A stretch of DNA of 20,329 bases, from assembly GCA_048886185.1 (NCBI GenBank), contig JBHLKY010000021.1:13023-33351 (forward strand), written 5' to 3'. A program made the translations under genes and the position numbers. The notes under the pieces are model-generated. The model was not told where the DNA came from. It saw only the letters and a list, made by a program, of their open reading frames with translations, and searched no databases. The number at the start of each line of letters is the position of its first letter. Within the stretch, counting starts at the first letter, position 1. This DNA is from Candidatus Hermodarchaeota archaeon. GTDB lineage: Archaea > Asgardarchaeota > Heimdallarchaeia > Hodarchaeales > Hodarchaeaceae. This document shows, one piece after another, positions 1 to 7,407 of the stretch.

Positions 1-64
1 ATCAAACAAGCAACAATAGACTTATAAAATGACTTTATTCAGACATTAAATGCTTAAGAGGAGC

Positions 65-74
65 TATATATAAG
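65..74 (+). promoter_or_regulatory. Putative archaeal TATA box (TATATATAAG) for the ABC operon
   Basis: TATA-like element about 60 bp upstream of ATG 136 in an intergenic region; position only, no TSS data. Confidence 0.4.
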
Positions 75-123
75 CTATAAGAACAAATGAATATGTATTA
101 AAGTAAAAATATGAAAAATTAGC

Positions 124-128
124 GGTGA
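124..128 (+). promoter_or_regulatory. Shine-Dalgarno motif GGTGA
   Basis: GGTGA 7 nt before ATG 136; complementary to the anti-SD (AUCACCUCC). Confidence 0.65.
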
Positions 129-135
129 AAAAGTA

Positions 136-1104
136 ATGGGGATAGCTATAGAAACCAATGATCTTTCCAAAGTTTTTCCCCCTGATATAATTGCAGTAAA
201 CCGGATTTCTTTAGTCATTAGGGAAGGTGAAATATTTAGCTTTCTAGGTCCAAATGGGGCTGGCAAAACGACAACTGTTAGACTGTTGACAACACTACTG
301 AAGCCAACCAGTGGTTCTGCAATTGTTCATGGTTATAATATTTTAAATGAATCACTAGAACTTCGTAAATACATGGGTGTTCTTACTGACAGGCCAAATC
401 TCTACTTACGTCTTTCTGCAAAAAAGAATCTACTTTTTTTTGCTAAAATGTATGGTTTAAATCATGAAGAAGCTTTGACACGCATTAATAAATTAGCTAA
501 ACAATTTGATTTAATTGAGAGACTTGGTTCACCAGTGGGATCATATAGTAAGGGAATGAAGCAAAAACTCGGGATTTTACGAGCTATGATCCATTCTCCT
601 CCCATTATGTTTCTTGATGAACCAACTGCAGGTTTGGATCCTTTAGCTCAGTCTAGTGTAAGACAAACAATAGAATTAGCTGCAGCTGACCTTGATACTA
701 CCATTTTTATGACTACTCATAACTTACCAGAAGCAGAGAAGTTATCGTCTAAAATTGGTGTTATAGATAAGGGCAGATTACTCACAATAGGAAGCACATC
801 TGAACTTCGATCAAAGGTTTCCAAAGCATCTAAATTAATTATTACCTGTAAAAATGAAGTTTTAGAATATCAATCTCTTATTAGAGATATAGATGGGGTC
901 ATTTCTACTCACATTCATGAGAATAAACGGTCTATTGAACTAGAATTAACTAATATGAATATTACGACTCCTATAATAGTTAAGAAGCTTGTTGATTCTG
1001 GAGCTTCAATACTAGAGGTACAACCAGTTAAAAAATCTCTGGAAGATATTTACAAACATATTATGGATCTTTCAGATGAAGGAGTGAATCATTATGCAGC
1101 TTAG
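136..1104 (+). CDS. ABC transporter ATP-binding protein (DrrA/NatA-like exporter ATPase with C-terminal extension)
   Basis: Walker A GPNGAGKTT, signature YSKGMKQK, Walker B MFLDEPT, H-loop TTH; 11-nt overlap with downstream permease. Confidence 0.94.
   Translation: MGIAIETNDLSKVFPPDIIAVNRISLVIREGEIFSFLGPNGAGKTTTVRLLTTLLKPTSGSAIVHGYNILNESLELRKYMGVLTDRPNLYLRLSAKKNLLFFAKMYGLNHEEALTRINKLAKQFDLIERLGSPVGSYSKGMKQKLGILRAMIHSPPIMFLDEPTAGLDPLAQSSVRQTIELAAADLDTTIFMTTHNLPEAEKLSSKIGVIDKGRLLTIGSTSELRSKVSKASKLIITCKNEVLEYQSLIRDIDGVISTHIHENKRSIELELTNMNITTPIIVKKLVDSGASILEVQPVKKSLEDIYKHIMDLSDEGVNHYAA
1081..1087 (+). promoter_or_regulatory. Shine-Dalgarno motif GGAGTGA (translational coupling)
   Basis: Lies inside the 3' end of the ATPase gene, 6 nt before ATG 1094. 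Confidence 0.6.
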
Positions 1105-1900
1105 ATTGATGTGGGAGTTGATGAGGAAAGATTGGGCTGAAGCATTTCGATCAAAACAGATTCTCCTTTCAACTACGCTACTACCATTATTCTTAGCTCT
1201 TGGTGTGCCAGTTATTCTTATGATTTCAATGACTTTTGCTCCCATGAGTACTTCTGATCCTGAATTAAGGATATTATTCGATCTCCTTCCTCCAGTAACA
1301 TCAGATTGGAATCAACTCTCTGAAAAAGCTCAGATGTTAATTTTTACATCTATATTTGGCCAGATCTTTCTACTCCTAGTACCTGTCATGATTGCAAGTT
1401 TTGTGAGTGCAGATACAATTGTAGGTGAGAAGGAGAGACAGACTATTGAAGGCCTATTGATTTTACCCCTAAGTGACTCAGAAATCTTATTAGCTAAAAT
1501 TGGATCTACTCTTGTGCCAGTTCTTCTCTTAACATCATTTATCAGTGTTCTTTATACAATAATAGTGGATATAATTACCTTCCCTTTTATAGGTAGAATT
1601 CTACTTCCAAACTTGCAGTTCATGTTAGTAATGGTTCTTTTCACTCCCCTACTTGGATTTGGTACGATTACGTTCATAGTTATGATTAGCTCACGAGTTT
1701 CCTCAACCCGCGATGCCCAACAGCTTACTGGTTTTTTCGTGATACCTACTCTTCTTTTGGTTACTGGACAACTCATTATTGTATTCATCAATGTGTGGTT
1801 GATACTAATAGGAATTGTAATATTAGGATTATTCGATATTCTCACTTACAAACTAGCAATTTCACTTTTCAGCCGTGAGAAATTGATGAGTCAAACTTAA
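1094..1900 (+). CDS. ABC-2 type transporter permease
   Basis: About 6 hydrophobic TM segments; ABC-2 motif IVGEKERQTIEGLLILPLSDSEILLAK; coupled to the ATPase gene. Confidence 0.9.
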   Translation: MQLRLMWELMRKDWAEAFRSKQILLSTTLLPLFLALGVPVILMISMTFAPMSTSDPELRILFDLLPPVTSDWNQLSEKAQMLIFTSIFGQIFLLLVPVMIASFVSADTIVGEKERQTIEGLLILPLSDSEILLAKIGSTLVPVLLLTSFISVLYTIIVDIITFPFIGRILLPNLQFMLVMVLFTPLLGFGTITFIVMISSRVSSTRDAQQLTGFFVIPTLLLVTGQLIIVFINVWLILIGIVILGLFDILTYKLAISLFSREKLMSQT

Positions 1901-1912
1901 TTCAATCTTGTT

Positions 1913-2242
1913 CTATTCTTCAAAGATTTGCCAAAGATACTTTTTGAAATTAATCTTATCATTCTTACTAAAAACGATTCCTTCTTCCTCCAATAACGCC
2001 TTTTGCATTTCATAACCCCCATTATGAGGTAGTGATATGTGTCCCTTACTGTTAATTACTCTATGCCAAGGTAGATTGTCTTTTTTAGATGATGAATGTA
2101 ATATCCAAGCTACTTGACGTGAAGCACGAGGATTGCCCGCATATGTAGCAATCTGACCATAAGTAACAACTTTGCCAACGGGGATATTTTTAATAATATC
2201 TTTTACCCGTTCAGAAAAAGATGAGATCATATTTTTACTCAT
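1913..2242 (-). CDS. atl: Alkyltransferase-like (ATL) protein, MGMT family, non-catalytic
   Basis: IPVGKVVTYGQIA, PRASRQV and PWHRV (Trp replaces the catalytic Cys of PCHRV). Start set at ATG 2242; TTG 2263 and ATG 2230 are alternatives. Confidence 0.9.
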   Translation of the reverse strand: MSKNMISSFSERVKDIIKNIPVGKVVTYGQIATYAGNPRASRQVAWILHSSSKKDNLPWHRVINSKGHISLPHNGGYEMQKALLEEEGIVFSKNDKINFKKYLWQIFEE

Positions 2243-2371
2243 CCTAATATCTCTTCTTTTCAAATGGATTTTGTTATTTTTTGATGTTCCCTCAACTTTC
2301 TCAAATAATGTTCATATCTAAATAGATGAGATGAGGAGTTATATGATACACTTTACTTAATAAGATTAGTA

Positions 2372-2674
2372 TTATTTTTCTATTTTAAATATTACTGGTC
2401 TAATACCATCATTACAAGGTGTGTAAGTCATCCCAGGTTCAGGGTAGGCGTAATCTCCATCATAATAAAATATCATTAAGATATCATATATATCTAACCA
2501 AGCTTTTTCACAAAATCCTTCAGGGGGTTCCAGGTGACTATTCACAATGAATGATTGTCCTTCCTCTAAGTAACAAGGCGGTACTGGTTGTCCTGTCTCT
2601 TTTCTAATAATTTCGTAACCAAATATTTCTTTAGGGTTAAATTTCTTGATAACTGTTATTTTCACTTTTTTCAA
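2372..2674 (-). CDS. TIGR04076 family protein (small Cys-containing, putative redox/Fe-S associated)
   Basis: MKKVKITVIK start, PC-x3-EGQ, PEGFCEKAW, CNDGIRPVIFKIE end; TTG start with strong SD. Confidence 0.85.
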   Translation of the reverse strand: MKKVKITVIKKFNPKEIFGYEIIRKETGQPVPPCYLEEGQSFIVNSHLEPPEGFCEKAWLDIYDILMIFYYDGDYAYPEPGMTYTPCNDGIRPVIFKIEK

Positions 2675-2680
2675 CTGTTT

Positions 2681-2686
2681 TCCTCC
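2681..2686 (-). promoter_or_regulatory. Shine-Dalgarno motif GGAGGA
   Basis: 6 nt upstream of the TTG start at 2674; supports the non-ATG start. Confidence 0.7.
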
Positions 2687-2693
2687 GTTTGCT

Positions 2694-3530
2694 TTAATTG
2701 AACTTATTTCGATAAAAATTATAGAAACTTTTGATGGTCTCGTTCTTCACCCACTCTCCAGGTGTGTTGTCTTTGTAAAAAGGGGGAATGTTTATCTTCT
2801 TAATTTCCTCATCATTTTCGATAGTATATATTACTTCTTTTCTTAAGTCCTTAAGAAAGTTAAATTGTATCTCTACTTCATCTTTCATAACAATAGGACC
2901 ATGACCAGGGATAACTGTATCAATATCAAGCTTAATTATTTCTTCAAGCGTTTTAATCCAGCTATCAGGATTACATGTTGGATCCCCAGCCCAAGGCCAT
3001 GTTTGAGCAAAAATTATATCCCCGGAAAACAATACTTTTTCTTCCGGAAAATAAGCATATGAAGAGCATGAGGTGTGTCCTCCACATTGGTTAAGCTCAA
3101 CAGAAAGGTCTCCATCAAAAATTTTAACCTTATTCATAAAAGTAATGGTAGGAAAAAAGGCAGTATCGATCTCATTAATAAATTTAGCTTTTTCAGGATC
3201 TTTATTCATCCATTCTTCAAATCTAGCTTGTTGAATTGGTCTTTCATTTACAGCATTCTTAATAAGTAGTTCTGATCCTAAAATATTAACATCCTTAAAT
3301 GCACTAATTCCCCATAAATGATCTCCATGATAATGGGTTAAAAAAAGGAATTTTACTGGCAGTTTGAACACTTTTTCAACCTGGTTCCGAAGTTTTTTAC
3401 CAGTATAAGGAAATAATGTAGAATCAATTACTATAATGAAGTTATCGAACGAAATAGCTCCTGCTATAAAATCCTCTGAAATAGCAGCGAAAGTACGTTT
3501 ATTTATTTCTAGGTAATTAATGCTTATCAT
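2694..3530 (-). CDS. MBL-fold metallo-hydrolase (cyclase/glyoxalase II-like)
   Basis: THYHGDH (HxHxDH), GGHT, FSGD and IPGHG metal ligands in canonical order. Confidence 0.92.
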   Translation of the reverse strand: MISINYLEINKRTFAAISEDFIAGAISFDNFIIVIDSTLFPYTGKKLRNQVEKVFKLPVKFLFLTHYHGDHLWGISAFKDVNILGSELLIKNAVNERPIQQARFEEWMNKDPEKAKFINEIDTAFFPTITFMNKVKIFDGDLSVELNQCGGHTSCSSYAYFPEEKVLFSGDIIFAQTWPWAGDPTCNPDSWIKTLEEIIKLDIDTVIPGHGPIVMKDEVEIQFNFLKDLRKEVIYTIENDEEIKKINIPPFYKDNTPGEWVKNETIKSFYNFYRNKFN

Positions 3531-3536
3531 ATTAAT

Positions 3537-3542
3537 TCACCT
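3537..3542 (-). promoter_or_regulatory. Shine-Dalgarno motif AGGTGA
   Basis: 6 nt upstream of ATG 3530. Confidence 0.65.
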
Positions 3543-3779
3543 GTTATAAAAATTGAACTACTTATTTCATCTGATATTATCTTTTCAACTAGTATTTCAG
3601 CGACAATCAAATGGATTAGTTCGGTTTTTTGGAAATTTGAATAATTAGAACTTTTATGATTATAATAACCATTCAGTATAATACTAAATCATTAAAAAAT
3701 TTTATCAAAGATGAAAAAATAAATTAAATATAATTATTTTTCTTCATTTAGGGCAATAGGAAAGAAGTTCACGATTAAC

Positions 3780-4412
3780 TTAAATTTTATCTTCAAATTT
3801 ATATCCTAAATCCTTTCTAACATAATCAAGCCACTTGTGTTGTGGTTCTATAATTTTTGATAAATTAGAAAAAGGAGACCAAAATAATTTAAATTTATGG
3901 TTATCTGCAGATATCTCCCATTCATCCTGAACATTTTCATCAATTACTACGTGATAAAAGTGTCTTCTCATATTTTTTGAAAGAATAGCTGTAGGAATCC
4001 AACCTGTGATTTCATAGGTAATAAACCTCGGATTTGGAAATCTATCGTATTCTCTATATGTAATTTGGGTGAATTCACCATATATACGGTTAGATAATAC
4101 AGTAATGCCTTTTTCAAGGCCAGCCCAGTTAAAATTGGTTAAGTTCGGGCGAGAAAAAACCTTAGTTCTTCTTGATATAATAAATTCATTGTCCTGTAAC
4201 TTGATTTCTTTGCAGCCAATATAGTTGATCTTTATTCTTTTTAATCCTGTCTCTTCTATAATTTCCCTTTTTAGTGCTTTTTCTACGGTCTCATCTTCGT
4301 CAACTGTACCAGCTGGAATTTGGATTCCTGCATTTGGATGAAGAATTAAAAGAAGCTCTTGATTATGGTTTTTCTTCCGAGTAATAAAAGCAGTAACCTT
4401 TTCAACTTCCAT
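3780..4412 (-). CDS. NUDIX hydrolase with an internal ~70-aa SH3b-like insertion
   Basis: Perfect Nudix box GTVDEDETVEKALKREIIEETGL (Gx5Ex7REUXEEXGU); extra segment at aa ~75-145 ending in GWIP. Confidence 0.88.
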   Translation of the reverse strand: MEVEKVTAFITRKKNHNQELLLILHPNAGIQIPAGTVDEDETVEKALKREIIEETGLKRIKINYIGCKEIKLQDNEFIISRRTKVFSRPNLTNFNWAGLEKGITVLSNRIYGEFTQITYREYDRFPNPRFITYEITGWIPTAILSKNMRRHFYHVVIDENVQDEWEISADNHKFKLFWSPFSNLSKIIEPQHKWLDYVRKDLGYKFEDKI

Positions 4413-4435
4413 CTTTTATCAACTTAGAAGTATTC

Positions 4436-5011
4436 TTACTGCTTTATCTTTTTACCTTCTTGATATCCAACTCCAATAGGTTCACCAATTCTATAATATC
4501 GATTGTCTAACGCATAAATGATAGGATCAAGTTTTGTCATATCTGTAATTTTCTTTCGTCCATTAGTCTCAAGGACAAAGTCTTTAGTAACGTAAACTTG
4601 AGCTACATCTCCAACAAAGATTTGCCTATGTAGAATAGAAAATTCTTTGATAACTTTGCACTCTAGATTAACTGGACATTCTTCGATCATTGGAGCAGTC
4701 TCTAATTCTCCGTAAAAAATGTTAAATAATTGTGATTTATCCGTATCATGACCAGATACAGTTCCACAATAGTCAGTTACTGTAAGAAGTGTTGTAGAGG
4801 GAAAGTTTATGCTAAAAGTTTCATGTTCAAGAATACCTAGATTTGTGTAATGATCTTGACCAGAAGAAATATATACAATTGGAGGTTTTATACCTATTAT
4901 TCCTACGTCTCCTAGTGTTTCAAAATTTGGTTTGTTATTAACTAGTGCTCCCGCAAGAATAATAGGAATAGGATAAATCAGTGGTACTCTTCCAAACTTT
5001 ACTTTTTTCAT
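4436..5011 (-). CDS. Flavin reductase / flavoredoxin family protein
   Basis: YPIPIIL, FSINFP, DYCGTVSG, APMIEECPVNLECKV, IFVGDV. Start at ATG 5011 (MKKVK) or ATG 5020. Confidence 0.9.
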   Translation of the reverse strand: MKKVKFGRVPLIYPIPIILAGALVNNKPNFETLGDVGIIGIKPPIVYISSGQDHYTNLGILEHETFSINFPSTTLLTVTDYCGTVSGHDTDKSQLFNIFYGELETAPMIEECPVNLECKVIKEFSILHRQIFVGDVAQVYVTKDFVLETNGRKKITDMTKLDPIIYALDNRYYRIGEPIGVGYQEGKKIKQ

Positions 5012-5046
5012 TGTATTCATTTTCCATAATTAAAGTCAATGGAGAA

Positions 5047-5937
5047 TTAAGAAAAAGATTTTATCTGACATAAAATCCATTTTTTCAGCTGTTCATGAAT
5101 TGGAACTTTTTCTAACCATTTTATTTCTTCATACCGCGCAGTTACAAGATCATTAATGTTATGAGGACGATATTGATGTGGACTTTCATTGTATAAATGT
5201 AAAGGATAATTATAACTGAATGGAAGTTCTTGGATTTCTTTTTGTTCCATTTTTGAGAGAATTACTCCCGCTAAAATTGCTTGATGCATGAAAATCATGT
5301 AGCTTTTATCTTTTTGATAAAATATTTCGAAACATGGATCACGATATAATTCTTTAAAGCAGTTCCACCATGTTTGAAGTATTCCTGCCTCTGGTCTTAC
5401 GACTAGAAAACCAGCATTAAAGTAAGGACGTAGAATGTTATGGTCAACATGTGTTTTCATAGGGAATATTTTATCCTTAGTCACATAGCATTTTTGATAA
5501 ATTAAATCCCAAAATGAATCAATTGGTTCATCAAAAATTGATCCTACTAAAGTATGGTGGACGGGTCTGTAACCTAATTTTTTCTCTTTTTCTAATAGAA
5601 AGTGTTTTGGGGTGCTAATGATAAGTGTATCAGGCAGTATCCAAGCTAATATTTCGCACTTATCCTTGGCAAATGCTTCTGCTGTTGCTGAAGCGAAAAC
5701 ATAGTCAGTAAAAGGGAACTTCTCAAAATCAGGATCGATATTAAATGGAATGATATTAACTTCTAATGATAAAAACCGTTCTTTTATATTCTGAGGAATT
5801 TCTTTCTCAGATTTTGGTGTAAATATCCAAATTGGAGAATCAGATAGATTTCCAGCAAACCGTCGAATACTGGAAACAAAAATGTAAGTTCTAATATCTA
5901 AACTTCTCGAAACAGAGGCAAAAGCTAGTTTTTCCAT
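5047..5937 (-). CDS. Hypothetical protein, probable GT-A (GT8-like) fold with non-canonical DxD
   Basis: GT8-like landmarks in order: WILPDTLII (DxD position), YFNAGFLVV, HQAIL, YNYPLH. ATG 5937 preferred over TTG 5946. Confidence 0.55.
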   Translation of the reverse strand: MEKLAFASVSRSLDIRTYIFVSSIRRFAGNLSDSPIWIFTPKSEKEIPQNIKERFLSLEVNIIPFNIDPDFEKFPFTDYVFASATAEAFAKDKCEILAWILPDTLIISTPKHFLLEKEKKLGYRPVHHTLVGSIFDEPIDSFWDLIYQKCYVTKDKIFPMKTHVDHNILRPYFNAGFLVVRPEAGILQTWWNCFKELYRDPCFEIFYQKDKSYMIFMHQAILAGVILSKMEQKEIQELPFSYNYPLHLYNESPHQYRPHNINDLVTARYEEIKWLEKVPIHEQLKKWILCQIKSFS

Positions 5938-6047
5938 GATAATCAAATCCGATGATCTTTAAAGAAAAAATCTTTTTACAATTTAGATAAGAGATCGCTA
6001 AATGACCAATAAATTAATTTTTGTCTGACTTAAGTTTTTAGAACTGA

Positions 6048-6055
6048 TTTATATA
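6048..6055 (+). promoter_or_regulatory. Putative TATA box TTTATATA for the GNAT gene
   Basis: Canonical archaeal TATA in the divergent intergenic region, about 100 bp upstream of GTG 6154. Confidence 0.4.
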
Positions 6056-6153
6056 CAGATTATGATTGATGCAAAAGACGTGGAAATAAATATGAAATTA
6101 GATCTTAGAGAGTAAGCTGAGTCAGCCTTGATTAAAATAATGAGGGATTAAAA

Positions 6154-6639
6154 GTGATTGAGTTTGTTAAGATGACAGAGGTTGAATTCAATAATTATCT
6201 AAAATCTTTGATCGAAGAATATAGTAAAGATTGCGTTCGATCAAAAGGAATTACATTAGAAAATGCCAGAATACAAAGTGAATTAGAAATTAAAGTACTT
6301 TTACCAAAAGGATTTAGGACTCCTGATATATTCGTTTGTTTCATCAAGAATATATATACGTCCCAATATCTTGGCCAGATATGGTATATCCATGAACCCA
6401 TTAAAAAATATACATTTCTTGCAGATATTGAAATTTTTACTGAGTTTCGAAATAAAGGATTTGGGACTCATGCTTTAAAACTATTAGAGGAGGAAGTGAA
6501 TAATTTGGGCTGCAAAGCCATTTTATTGCATGTGTTTAAACATAACACAGAAGCTAGGCGATTATATGAAAAACTAGGATACGAAGTTATCCAAAAAGTT
6601 GATACTGGATTCAATATGGCAAAAAAACTAAGAACATGA
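6154..6639 (+). CDS. GNAT family N-acetyltransferase
   Basis: Acetyl-CoA motif A FRNKGFGTHAL; LHVFKHNTEARRLYEKLGY; GTG start with upstream GAGG. Confidence 0.92.
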   Translation: MIEFVKMTEVEFNNYLKSLIEEYSKDCVRSKGITLENARIQSELEIKVLLPKGFRTPDIFVCFIKNIYTSQYLGQIWYIHEPIKKYTFLADIEIFTEFRNKGFGTHALKLLEEEVNNLGCKAILLHVFKHNTEARRLYEKLGYEVIQKVDTGFNMAKKLRT

Positions 6640-6672
6640 TCCTTTTTTAGTTCAAAAATGTGTTCTACACAC
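6640..6672. terminator. Possible bidirectional oligo-T terminator between convergent GNAT and ferritin-like genes
   Basis: T-tract just after the + strand stop and T5 on the - strand, within a 33-bp gap. Confidence 0.3.
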
Positions 6673-7122
6673 TTAGTTATCAGAATAGAACATATCATCA
6701 TAGAGAGATTCTAATTTATTTTTATGGGTCAACTCCATTTGGCCCAGTTTCTGAAAGATTTTTACATGTTTATCAGTAGTTGCAGCTTTAGACATTCGGA
6801 AATACAAATCGTATGCAGCCTTTTCCTCTTTCATAGCAAAAGTTAAGACTGACTGAAAATCAGAATTCTCATCAATTTCATGAGCTATCAAATGATCTGA
6901 CAGTTTTAAATCTACTACTTGGTTGATGTCATAATCTAATAATTCTTCAGCGTCTTGCAGGTCTTCAAGTAATTTTTTATGCCCAAGTTCATCATTTGCT
7001 AACTCTTCCATTAGTTTTTTTACTGTAGAAGAGTTTGTTGTTTTAGCAACGCTAAAATACAGATTATAAGCCTCTTCTTCTTTGTCTATTGCAAATTTTA
7101 TTATTTCTTCTATTTCTGACAT
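6673..7122 (-). CDS. Ferritin-like diiron protein (rubrerythrin/erythrin type, no rubredoxin domain)
   Basis: Duplicated helix pairs with E..Y and ExxH ligands (KEEEAYNLY...DELGH; EEKAAYDLY...MELTH); no CxxC tail. ATG 7122 chosen from its SD. Confidence 0.92.
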   Translation of the reverse strand: MSEIEEIIKFAIDKEEEAYNLYFSVAKTTNSSTVKKLMEELANDELGHKKLLEDLQDAEELLDYDINQVVDLKLSDHLIAHEIDENSDFQSVLTFAMKEEKAAYDLYFRMSKAATTDKHVKIFQKLGQMELTHKNKLESLYDDMFYSDN

Positions 7123-7127
7123 TCCAG

Positions 7128-7132
7128 TCACC
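7128..7132 (-). promoter_or_regulatory. Shine-Dalgarno motif GGTGA
   Basis: 5 nt upstream of ATG 7122, so the TTG 7134 extension is probably not translated. Confidence 0.65.
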
Positions 7133-7210
7133 AACAGTGGGATTAATCATATGATTCATGAAATTCTAATGTCGTTAAGCCATAATTATTATTAACTTTA
7201 AAGCTAGCTT

Positions 7211-7339
7211 TTGAGAAATTTTACTTCAAATTTTCAGAAAGCGATTACAGACGCGTTTGAATATATTTTTGATCGGTTAGATAATTTAGAAAAACGGATA
7301 CAATTATTAGAAGAAAAACGGGAGGTTGCTTCTTCATAA
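7211..7339 (+). pseudogene. Unannotated 42-codon coiled-coil ORF, either a small protein or a C-terminal gene remnant
   Basis: Manual translation from TTG 7211: (M)RNFTSNFQKAITDAFEYIFDRLDNLEKRIQLLEEKREVASS*; in-frame TAG at 7205; below the 60-aa ORF-track cutoff. Confidence 0.45.
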
Positions 7340-7407
7340 CATTCTTTTCGTGGAATATGCGTTCGTTTGTATATTCTGTATTATTTTTGTCGGGTCGATT
7401 TTCGTTT

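Noticed and set aside
1-27. Possible 3' end of an upstream gene (IKQATIDL*)
   Set aside because: Only eight codons are visible; cannot be supported or identified.
2260-3617. Shared 11-mer TCAAATGGATT (2260-2270 and 3607-3617), each followed by GTT..TTTTTTG, as an attC-like or regulatory repeat
   Set aside because: Only two copies at different distances from the start codons; 11-mer matches are expected by chance in AT-rich spacers; no third copy found.
6062-6115. 17-codon ORF MIDAKDVEINMKLDLRE upstream of the GNAT gene
   Set aside because: Too short, and its start lies too close to the candidate TATA box to be on that transcript.
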